DNA of 64,000 bases, from NCBI GenBank assembly GCA_000004985.1, contig GG738880.1, one strand, 5' to 3'. This DNA comes from Naegleria gruberi (lineage: Eukaryota). The position numbers and the translations under genes were made by a program. Under the pieces are notes generated by a model, which did not search any database, was not told the origin of the DNA, and saw nothing but the letters and a program-made list of their open reading frames with translations. Positions within the stretch are counted from its first letter, which is position 1. The number at the start of each line of letters is the position of its first letter. Positions 44,375 through 54,096 of this stretch are shown here, one piece after another.

Positions 44375-44942
44375 TTTTTTAAATTGTTGTTCCTATAAAT
44401 AATAATTAAATTATTGTGATGAAGTTAATAAATATAATAATTAAAATATTTGCTAATTGTGTGTAGGTTATGAATAATAAACTCATCAACAAAGCCAGGC
44501 TTGAATATTAAATCCATCAAAATATTATTCCATAACACTGTTGTTACCTGTTCACCAAATCCAAATATTATTTCTCCACTTTTCCATAACGTACATTCAA
44601 AGGTGCTTGTTGTTTTGTTATTTAATGAAGGGACCAACATTTGAAACACACAAGTGGAGATGATTCTTACATGGATTCCCAACAGTGTTGTCTATTGAGT
44701 CTCTTGTATTTTGACCTTTTTGTAATACAATTCAACAGCCAAGACTTAAGAGGCTCTTGGTATTTGTAACAGACATAAAAAAAGCGGTACTTTGAAAAAA
44801 AAATTGTGGTGTACAGATTCGGTACCGTTTGCGCTTCTCTCTCCACCGAATATTGTATATTCATTCTGTTATTGTTGTTGTTATAATATCATCATCATAC
44901 AATTAGTTTTTGTATATATAATTAATTTTCCATCATCAAAAA

Positions 44943-46844
44943 ATGTCTGACCATAACGACGAATTCTTCGATGAAGAAGAAGAAGAATTACACGAAAATG
45001 AAGCCTTCACAAGTATTTGGGATCTCGTTCCTGGTTATACCCAATCACCACTTGATTCCATGCTTGAAAATGAAGAGAATACAACTCTTGAGCAAGTTTT
45101 GGATGAAGATACTATCATTCAAGAATTAAAGTCAGCAAATCATAAAGTCATCGCTTTCCTTAGCAAGGACGAGAATATTGACAAGCTTATACAATACATC
45201 ATCACCGAAGAATATTTGCAACCAGGTCAAACATTAACATCAGCAGATCTTGAAAGAGAAGAAGAGGAATCACTTAAAAGAACTTACAAATATCCATTCA
45301 TCACTTCAGAAATTTTCAACTGTGAGAACGAAGAAATTATTATTCCTATTGTTAAAACCAAAGAAAGAACCATTAATCTCTTCTCCTACCTTCTTAACAA
45401 GGATGAAAACAAGACACCAAAGAATCCATCTCTTTCCCAATACTTTGTTAAAGCTGTTTCAACCCTTTTGCAAAAGTACTATAAGGACATTGTTGATTCC
45501 TTGATGGATAAGCACAGCGAAGAGTTTAACATTTTAAAGTTATTTTTCACAGAACACATTGGATTATGTGATATGGACTCTCTCATCTTGAGAGTTTTAG
45601 GATTCGAAACATCAGAAGATAGCTTTGATCAAGATGCTTTTGGTGGATTTGCTACACAACAAAGAATTCGTGAATTGTTCTTAATGAAGCAAAGAGGAAA
45701 TGATCAAGAACTCCAACAAAAGAGAAAGCAAGTTAGAGAGTGGGCACTTAATAATAACTTCTTTGATTTGATTTTGAAAAAGCTCGAACAAAGTTTAGAT
45801 AATGAAGAAGTTCAAAGAAATACCTTCAGTCTCCTCTCCCAAATTGTAGAAAAGGGATACAATAATTCCAACGAATTGACAATCACCTTGTTATCTGAAA
45901 AACATTTGAATACTATTTTGGATATTATTTTTAAGAATTTGAACTCCACGATATTGGTACACGCAATACCTTTCTTACGTGTTGTTATCTCCGCCAATGA
46001 AGATTCAGAGGAATCCGATGCTGACGAATCAGATGACGAGACTGTTAATAGGGGTTCTAGCCATATCTTCATTTCCAAAGTCATTCCAATAATTCTCTCC
46101 CGTACAAAACAATTCCTTTCTCTCCTTAATGATACAGAGTTTGTTTCTAACATCTCAAAGCTTGAACTTTCTCATGCTGTTTTGGATCCACCACTCGGTG
46201 AAACTAGATTGAAGATTGTTGAACATTTACTTACAATTTTCAAAGTTACACAATCTAATACTGAATATCAAAAAGAATTAGCTTCTCTAGGTGTTATGGG
46301 AGTTCTTATTGATTTATTCTTCAAATATGAATTCAATTCCATGCTTCACTGTCTTGTTTTTGATATGATCAAGATTGTTCTCACAGGAACTAATTCAGAA
46401 ATGAAGATGTCTCTTTTGGTTGATACTGAATTATGTCAAAAGATCTTAAAGGCCCATGAAAAGAATAAGGCTGTTATTCAAAAACCAAAGGGTGCTAGCT
46501 TAGGTTTGATGGGATTTGTCATTGAAATTTCTAATTTACTGAAGAAACTCAGTGAAATTAATCCTGATATTGCTAAGCATTTGTCCTCCATTGAAGGATG
46601 GAAAGAATTTACCTCTGGATTTTTACAAGAGAGAAATATCCAAAATGAAAAACAATTAGGTGGACCAGTTCCAATTGGTACTTTTGGAGGTGCTAGCTAT
46701 ATGGGAGAAGATGATGACGATGATGATTATGGTTATGATGAAGATGATAGTTCAGACTCTGATGAAGAAGTTATCGTAAGAAGAGGATCCGATTCAGACT
46801 CTGATGAAGATGATGATGGTGAAGTCATTAGAAAACACTATTAA
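44943..46844 (+). CDS. SAPS-domain protein (PP6/Sit4 phosphatase regulatory subunit)
   Basis: 633-aa single ORF. N-terminus FFDEEEEELHENEAFTSIWDLVPGYTQSPLDSMLENEENTTLEQVLDEDTIIQELKSANHKVIAFL matches the start of the SAPS family. Acidic D/E/S C-terminus. Confidence 0.85.
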   Translation: MSDHNDEFFDEEEEELHENEAFTSIWDLVPGYTQSPLDSMLENEENTTLEQVLDEDTIIQELKSANHKVIAFLSKDENIDKLIQYIITEEYLQPGQTLTSADLEREEEESLKRTYKYPFITSEIFNCENEEIIIPIVKTKERTINLFSYLLNKDENKTPKNPSLSQYFVKAVSTLLQKYYKDIVDSLMDKHSEEFNILKLFFTEHIGLCDMDSLILRVLGFETSEDSFDQDAFGGFATQQRIRELFLMKQRGNDQELQQKRKQVREWALNNNFFDLILKKLEQSLDNEEVQRNTFSLLSQIVEKGYNNSNELTITLLSEKHLNTILDIIFKNLNSTILVHAIPFLRVVISANEDSEESDADESDDETVNRGSSHIFISKVIPIILSRTKQFLSLLNDTEFVSNISKLELSHAVLDPPLGETRLKIVEHLLTIFKVTQSNTEYQKELASLGVMGVLIDLFFKYEFNSMLHCLVFDMIKIVLTGTNSEMKMSLLVDTELCQKILKAHEKNKAVIQKPKGASLGLMGFVIEISNLLKKLSEINPDIAKHLSSIEGWKEFTSGFLQERNIQNEKQLGGPVPIGTFGGASYMGEDDDDDDYGYDEDDSSDSDEEVIVRRGSDSDSDEDDDGEVIRKHY

Positions 46845-46953
46845 ATTGTAATTTCAACCTTATAAAATTTTAAACTATCAATTATTGTAGATTTTCTAAG
46901 AATAACTGAAAAACCTCAATACAACAACCAATTTTGATTTCCCTCCAAAAAAA

Positions 46954-48584
46954 ATGTCATCAGCAGATATCTATGTAACGACTAGTGATTTGAAGAAGGA
47001 TTATATGGCCTTCAGTTTCATGTGTGATAGACAACCAAAGGAAGAGGTAATTTATGGTATTCATCACTTTATTGAGGGAAAGGAAAATATAACTACTAAG
47101 GAAGAAGATACTCCACCTCCTGCTTCCGAAAGAGAATATCAAGGAATTTCCGATGAGGAAGATGAACAAGATAATGAAAGCAAAAAACAGGCATCATTGG
47201 AACTTTCTGAAACTGATAAAAGAAATAATGTTTTAAAAAGGATGCAAGTGGATAGTTTTTCAGATCTTGACTCGGAAGAAGCTTCAAAAATTCAGACAGA
47301 AATTGTTATTTACAGATCGAATCCTCGGTTGGACATTGTGGATATGGTTTCTCTTTCGAAATCTATTACATTTGTTCCGTTTGATTTTGTTAATCTCAAG
47401 TATGTATTGAGTAGTTGTTTATTTCTAAAACATTTTTGTTTAGATTGATTTCGTGTGGATTGAGTTCGGCTTCTCTACGAGTTCTTGGCCTAGCCCTAAC
47501 TCATAAAAAGACTTTGAGATATTTGAGTGTGGAAATGAACCCTCTAAAAGAGACTCATGAGGCTAGAGATGATAAATTAATGCACGATATTCCAGCTCTT
47601 GGAAAGCTCTATAATACTATCCTTCCAAGAGTGAAAGAGGAACCTGAGGAGGAAAAGAAAAAAACAGTAAAAAAGGATAAAAAAGCAGAGGAAGTTTCAC
47701 CAGAAGTTAAATCATTCCTGGAAAAGTATTGTGGACCAAATTCGAGCCCATTTGCTCCATTATTCATGACAAGTGCCAAATATCTATCACTGAGAGGAAA
47801 CAATCTTTCTGATGATGACGCTGTTTGTATTGCGGAATTACTGAAAAGTGACAGTGAGATTTTCTCCCTTAATTTATGGGGAAATCGTATTGGAGATGTT
47901 GGAGGAGTAGCTCTCGCTAAGAGTTTGAGAACAAATCAAAAATTGCTTTCACTAAGCTTGGCTATGAATAGAATTGGAGATGAAACATTCATGGAAATAT
48001 GTAAAACAATGGCTCCTCTTGATATTTATGATGAGAATGAGTTCCAGACAATCAGAGAAAATGCCTATTTGAGTTTTTATGGAGCTCAAAATATACAAAG
48101 AGATCAAAGTACCAATTCTCTACTGATACCAGCAGTTCCTCCTCATTTACAACCTCCTGAAACTAATGATAAGAAAAAGAAACCACCATCCAAACCAGTC
48201 AAGGTAAATCCAAACGAGAAGGAACTGATAGAATGGGACAGTAAAACATCTCGATATACCTATGAAGAAGTGGTGGAACCACCAAAGACATTAGGTGTAA
48301 AAACTGCCTCTAAATCCAATTCCAAACAAAATGTTACAACTGTTACTGAACCAAAGGTCGCTGAGCCTCTAAAACCAATTTACAAAATACCTGGAAATAG
48401 CTTATTAAGAAATATCAATCTGAGTGCTAATATTGACGTAACAGATGATGGAGCTCAATACTTTGTTGACGCTCCAATAGGCATCAGTTCAAATCTATGT
48501 AGAATATCTCTCAGTGATACCTCTGTTTCATTGCCAGTCTTTGAAAGACTTGTCAGTAAACTTCTTTCTGGCAAGGAAGAATAA
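46954..48584 (+). CDS. leucine-rich repeat (RNI-like) protein
   Basis: Exons 46954..47399 and 47444..48584 (44-nt GTATGT..TAG intron, phase 2); RNI-type LRRs: LSLRGNNLSDDDAVCIAELLKSDSEIFSLNLWGNRIGDVGGVALAKSLRTNQKLLSLSLAMNRIGDE. Confidence 0.7.
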
Positions 48585-48669
48585 ATTTCACAAATATTGT
48601 AACGAAACTGCAATTTTTCTTACATTCCTAATAGGCAAGTTCTCCTTATAGAGAGAATACCGAAAAAAA

Positions 48670-49686
48670 ATGAAAAATTCATCATCTTCCTCACTACACT
48701 CTCTGAATTCAGAGCAGACAATCGGAAGACAACACGAAGAAGGTTTATCGACCAGTTCCGAACAGGAATTATATAATCGTCCCGTAGGAGGAACAGAATT
48801 TAATGCAGAGTTTAATAATATTAGTAATTTATCAATTGTGGAGATGGATCAAATGATTGAACATTTTAAAAAACAAATTTCCTATCTGGAAAAACAAAGA
48901 GAAAGAAAGATTACGGCCATGTGTGGAAAGAATGTTGGCTCGTCATTAAATTTCTCGTCCATTATTAAAATGTACATTCAGAAAATTGTGCCTAATGCCT
49001 TTTCCGAATCGAGATTTTATAATTTATTTATGGTGGAATTGTTGGAAATGGTAATAACTCAGACAATTGTTCTGTTTGGAGTTGTTTGTTTTTGGAGGGG
49101 TATTTGGGGTTTGGCTGATTTTTATATTCATTATGAGGATAATAATAGTACTTTGAGACTTGGGTGGACAACTTTAATGATTGGAGTGGTTGGTTCATTT
49201 ATTACTCAAACAGGTTCTGTTTTGGTTACTAGATTGGGAATATTAAATTTACTGGTTTCAAATTTTGAAAGTGATGCCAAATTGGAGACTGCTCAGGCAT
49301 CTTACTCTGCAGATAGAGGGACAACTTCTCAAGTTGGTAAGAAGCATGCAAGTTTGTGGATTCGTCTTGCCATGAAGCTCTATACCTATATTGTTGCCAT
49401 CTCAATTATTTTGTGTTGGAAGGGATCTTGGATGGTTATGGATGGATATTTTGAGAAATGGTTCAAAGATACATTTGTCACTAATTGGATTTCTCATATT
49501 ATTGCTGCCCTAGTTTTGATTTGGTTCTATACATTCAGAAGTGTTTTGTCACCAGCTTCTATGGATAGAGAAAATCATTTCGAATCACTTATTGTTTCAA
49601 AGTGGAGTGGTTTGTCAAGACCACTCGTCAAGGAATGGGCCAAGAGCTTTATTTCTAAAAACAAGGATTTTGCAGAAAATGCTTAG
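48670..49686 (+). CDS. hypothetical multi-pass membrane protein with an internal duplicated motif
   Basis: 338-aa ORF with ATG; two similar units, each with paired TM helices and a W(R/K)G(I/S)W....D(F/G)Y motif (FWRGIWGLADFY / CWKGSWMVMDGYF). Confidence 0.5.
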   Translation: MKNSSSSSLHSLNSEQTIGRQHEEGLSTSSEQELYNRPVGGTEFNAEFNNISNLSIVEMDQMIEHFKKQISYLEKQRERKITAMCGKNVGSSLNFSSIIKMYIQKIVPNAFSESRFYNLFMVELLEMVITQTIVLFGVVCFWRGIWGLADFYIHYEDNNSTLRLGWTTLMIGVVGSFITQTGSVLVTRLGILNLLVSNFESDAKLETAQASYSADRGTTSQVGKKHASLWIRLAMKLYTYIVAISIILCWKGSWMVMDGYFEKWFKDTFVTNWISHIIAALVLIWFYTFRSVLSPASMDRENHFESLIVSKWSGLSRPLVKEWAKSFISKNKDFAENA

Positions 49687-49704
49687 AGTTTTACCCATAG
49701 TGAT

Positions 49705-51067
49705 CTAGAGATCATCGACACTACTCTCTGCATTTCCTGCATTTCTTAGAATACTTTTCATTAATAAATCAAAGCTTTGAGAATCTTTTCCATTCACAAA
49801 CTCCTCTGCATTATTAAGAACCAACGTAGCTCTAGAATCCTTAACCATCTGATAAGGATGTAAGACATAAGATCTAATGGTATTTCCACCGAATTGGTTT
49901 GCTTCACTCTCAAGTCTGGCAACATCTTTGATTTCTTTCACTTTTTTCACTCTTTCTATTTCTTGGAGTCTGGAACGAAGCTGATTGATAGCTTGATCCT
50001 TGTTTTGATGTTGTGATCTTCCTGCAATACATTGAACTTTAACACCAGTTGGAATGTGTGTGATTCTCACACCAGATTCTGTCTTGTTGGCGTGTTGTCC
50101 ACCCTTTGTCGCTGTTTGAAGAGTAAACTAAATTATGATATTACGAACTTACCAGCCCTTATTGTGTCTATTTTCAAATCCTTCTCGGGCAATTGTTGAA
50201 ATATTGAGCTAGTATCGTCTCCATCTGCTGCAGGGTATACTCGAACACTGCTGAATGATGTCTGTCTTTTATGCTAATCGTGGTTGAATATTAAACTCAA
50301 TATTGGATACTTACATCGGCATTGAAAGGTGACAACCTGACAAGCCTATGGACGCCTTGCTCATGCTTAAGATATCCATAGGCATATCTTCCAGATATGA
50401 ACAATAAAGCACTTCTTATTCCTGTTTCCTTGAAAGAAGTGTCTTCCAATGTAACCTCAAAGGAAGATAATTCAGAACCTCTTAAACAATTTATATACAT
50501 ATTCAATAACATTTGAGACCAGTCAGATGCATCCTCTCCACCAGCACCCGTGTGAATTTCCAAATAACAATCCTTTGAATCATGTGGACCAGACAAAAAT
50601 GACTCAATTTCCTTTTTTTCTAAAACATTTATCAGATCACTCAACGATTTTTGAATATATTCAATCATTTCCTTATCATTTTCCATTTCAGAGAGCTTTA
50701 ATAATTCCTCATTATTGTTGATATCAGCAATAGTGTTATCAATAAAATTCAACTGATCTTCCAACATATTTTGCTTCCTAATAATATTTTGTGCATTAGA
50801 GTCACTCCAAAAATCAGGAGAACTTGTCACCTTCTTTAATTTTGAATATTCATCTTGAATAGAATCTCTATTCCAATTATGAATTATATTTGAATAGATT
50901 GTTCTTGCACTTTCAATCAGTGCATTGTTACTAATAATATTATCGGAACATAATTTAATATTTTGATGATAATTCCTCCTCGGAGCCTGTACACACTCCA
51001 TCAAGCTAAACCTATTTTTGCAGCAACAAGTTTTCTGCAATGATCTTCTAAGAATCAATTTGTACAT
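49705..51067 (-). CDS. organellar peptide chain release factor 2 (prfB-type, SPF motif)
   Basis: Three exons: 50315..51067, 50153..50273 and 49705..50111; two 41-nt introns (both GTAAGT, with ..TAG and ..CAG acceptors). GVHRLVRLSPFNAD (SPF is the RF2 tripeptide), HKRQTSFSSVRVYP, GGQHANKTESGVRITHIPTGVKVQC..RSQHQNKDQA and IRSYVLHPYQMVKD closely match bacterial RF2. N-terminal presequence-like region MYKLILRRSLQK... Confidence 0.85.
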
Positions 51068-51137
51068 TTTTTTAAATATAATATTTAATAAATATTATGA
51101 TGATGAATATTATAATAATAAATATTAATAATTATGT

Positions 51138-52094
51138 TCAGCTTTCTTCATCAGAAGACTGTTCACTACCATTAGAATTAAAATAACTATTATTAGGATT
51201 ATTTAAAAGTTTCATCAATTGAGCCAAAGTAGTAACATGTGAAACTTGAATAATGGCAAATATTATATCGAATAAACACAAATAAATAACAAATAATCCA
51301 GGATGATTATCGAATAGAGTAATAGATTCCGAATCAATTCTAATTGCTTGTTGACTTTCATATACTTTCTTTTGTAAAATAATATCCATAATTTGCTTCA
51401 CTTCTTGTTGATTCGTTTTGAATTTCATATCAAAGTGTTTCTCAATAATTTGATCCTGTTCTGTTTCAATAATATTTTGATCTGGAAAGTAAACTCCAAC
51501 TTTAACATTATCAAAAATCTTCTTCTTACTAGTGAAGAGATTTTCCTGCTCGAAAAAGTCAATCAATTCAAAGTATTCATTCTCCTTCTTGTAGAGTTTT
51601 GAACGTCTGTAGTAATTTTCATTGCTCACATAATTTGCAATATGAATATAGAGGAGAGGTAAAACAATGATCAGCACGAGAGAAATCTTCTTCTTCAAAT
51701 TCATATTCTTAAAGACTCTACCGAGGATGGTTGGTTGGGTGGAATGAACAAATGAATAGTACATGAGCATACTTTGGAAAACTCTGAGACCCAGAACGAA
51801 TATCGAATCATCAAGATAGAAGGAATAAATTCCCTCTATCAGAAGGATCCTATTGGTAAAATGTACAGATTCATAGAGTTCTTTTCGTAGAGTATTGTTT
51901 TGATTATCCATTGTGATGTGATTATCAAATTGATTAGAGGGATCAGAATTGGAAAGTGGTGATTCAAGACCTGATGATGAGTTTTCGGAATTATCTTCCA
52001 TGTCAACAATGTGATGATCTTCATCACTGTTTGGATGGAGAACAATTCGATGATTAATGGAGGGATGTTGTGATGACATTTTTTTGAAAATCAA
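51138..52094 (-). CDS. hypothetical membrane protein
   Basis: 318-aa ORF with ATG; acidic and S-rich N- and C-termini; at least three hydrophobic helices (ILLIEGIYSFYL, ISLVLIIVLPLLYIHIA, GLFVIYLCLFDIIFAIIQV). Confidence 0.45.
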   Translation of the reverse strand: MIFKKMSSQHPSINHRIVLHPNSDEDHHIVDMEDNSENSSSGLESPLSNSDPSNQFDNHITMDNQNNTLRKELYESVHFTNRILLIEGIYSFYLDDSIFVLGLRVFQSMLMYYSFVHSTQPTILGRVFKNMNLKKKISLVLIIVLPLLYIHIANYVSNENYYRRSKLYKKENEYFELIDFFEQENLFTSKKKIFDNVKVGVYFPDQNIIETEQDQIIEKHFDMKFKTNQQEVKQIMDIILQKKVYESQQAIRIDSESITLFDNHPGLFVIYLCLFDIIFAIIQVSHVTTLAQLMKLLNNPNNSYFNSNGSEQSSDEES

Positions 52095-52146
52095 TTATTT
52101 GCAATATTTATTTAATATTTAATATAAATAATATTTAAATTAATAA

Positions 52147-53808
52147 TTAATTTTTGGATGGTCTAATTGAAACTTCCAAATCATCATCGGATTCATCACT
52201 AAGAATTTCTGCCATTTGAACTATTGGTTTCTTGTTACTTGGTACTTCTGATCTATTTGGATCATTGGTTGTAAAGAATGGTAAAAAGTATTCCTTATCT
52301 AACTTGTCAATGGATGATTCTTCCTCATTGTGGTCCAGTGTTGGAATTTCTCTGGTTGGAGTGTTTGAATTATTGCTTTCAGTGTCATTTCTATACAAGT
52401 ATCTGATAAGTGGTGAGATACCTCCCCCAAAAACGAGAATTGACAATAACACGACCACAAGAGTTGTGGTTACTATGGTATTTTTGTATTCTGTTTCAGT
52501 AAGACTCAATGCAAGGGCAAGAGAAATAACACCACGCATTCCACACCATGTCAATATAAGTTGTGAATTTTTAGATATTTTGGCATCGAAAAAGTTATTG
52601 AGAATGTATGTAATTGGGAAAATATTTGCAATTCTTCCTAAAATGCAAAGAATAATTGCCAAGAAAATCATTCCAAAGTGGAATCTATGAGTGTAAGTAA
52701 ATGTTGCTAATCCCAGATATAAAAATACTATTGTCTCACAAATGTATGAGAACATCATTAGGGCCTGATCGATGGTAATACTAGTTTTCTTACTCAAATT
52801 GAGTCTCGTATAGTGACTGTTCACAATTGAGGATGATAGCAGAGCAAGGATTCCTGATAATTCCAAACCTTCAGATAAAAAGTAAGGGAGAACGGAGGTG
52901 ATAACCATTAGGGTAATTTCCAATGAAGGATATTTGTAAAATTGGAGGTATTTAAAGATTAATGCAGAAAGAAGAGCGATCACCACTCCAATAATTAAAG
53001 ATCCAAAGAATGACAATAATAAATGGTTCATAAAGCTAATGGCGGATGAAGAGAATGAAATGGTTTTCGCTGATGGAAATCTAGCATATGTATCAAAGGA
53101 TCTAAATAAAAGCATTGCTGCAACATCGTTCAATGTACTTTCTCCAAATACTAAAATAGATATTTTACCAGTTCTCTTCTCCCCAAAGTCTTCCTTAATT
53201 CCACTGAATACTGTTAAAGCAGCAATAGGATCCACACTAGAAATAAGACTTGCAAATGCAAATGAATCAATCCAAGGTATTATCCCAAATATTCCAATTC
53301 CTATACCGATTACTAATGTAGATATAATTGTTCCAGCTATTGCATACCATAGAATACTAATAATATTTCCAAAGAAGTTTCCTTTTGATAAATTATACCC
53401 AGACTCGAAAATAATAGGAGGAAGTAAAAAGAGGAAGAAAATGTCACTTTCTAATTTAAAAATGTTTCCACTTTCAATACCAAAGTAGCTAATAACTAAA
53501 CCCATTATCATTCCGATAGCTATTGTAATTATACTATCGGGAAGAAAATTAATTTTAAATTGAAGAAAGAAATAAGTAGCAAAGATGATGACCAGCATGG
53601 TTGCAGTTATGAGAAAAACATTCACCGATTCTTGCCTACTTTCGTTACTTGTATTTACAGGTTGTGGTGGTGTGGTTTCTGGTTTCTTTTCTGTAGCTGG
53701 TTTTTCTTCTTCTCCGAAGACAGCACTGCTTTGTACGAAGAGTATACAAGCAATCAGCAGTAGCACAACAAGAGTGAAGAGAATCCTCCTACTGTATTGC
53801 ATTGCCAT
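52147..53808 (-). CDS. Na+/H+ exchanger (CPA1/NHE family)
   Basis: 553 aa; 10-12 TM helices; FLFLLPPIIFESGYNL is the NHE signature (LLPPII.E.G); hydrophilic C-terminal tail. Confidence 0.8.
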   Translation of the reverse strand: MAMQYSRRILFTLVVLLLIACILFVQSSAVFGEEEKPATEKKPETTPPQPVNTSNESRQESVNVFLITATMLVIIFATYFFLQFKINFLPDSIITIAIGMIMGLVISYFGIESGNIFKLESDIFFLFLLPPIIFESGYNLSKGNFFGNIISILWYAIAGTIISTLVIGIGIGIFGIIPWIDSFAFASLISSVDPIAALTVFSGIKEDFGEKRTGKISILVFGESTLNDVAAMLLFRSFDTYARFPSAKTISFSSSAISFMNHLLLSFFGSLIIGVVIALLSALIFKYLQFYKYPSLEITLMVITSVLPYFLSEGLELSGILALLSSSIVNSHYTRLNLSKKTSITIDQALMMFSYICETIVFLYLGLATFTYTHRFHFGMIFLAIILCILGRIANIFPITYILNNFFDAKISKNSQLILTWCGMRGVISLALALSLTETEYKNTIVTTTLVVVLLSILVFGGGISPLIRYLYRNDTESNNSNTPTREIPTLDHNEEESSIDKLDKEYFLPFFTTNDPNRSEVPSNKKPIVQMAEILSDESDDDLEVSIRPSKN

Positions 53809-54096
53809 TTTTTTGAAGAGTTTTATTATATAAATTATTACGAATTACAAATTCGAAACAAGACACACTGTGGATTTGTGGTTTGACCTCTCAATTTCTT
53901 AGCTTGTTTTGAGCTGATTGTTCACAAGTTACAAGTTGACTGTGTCTGTTAAAATTTAAGCAACGAATTTTGAGAGAAGTTTCTTTCTTCATCCTTAAAT
54001 GAGCATCCCGCCAAAATTAAAACTACAGTTATTATTCTGCCGTTAAGTTGTCTCGAAACATTTTAAAAAAATTAGAACGAGTGTATTGTTGGCGTG

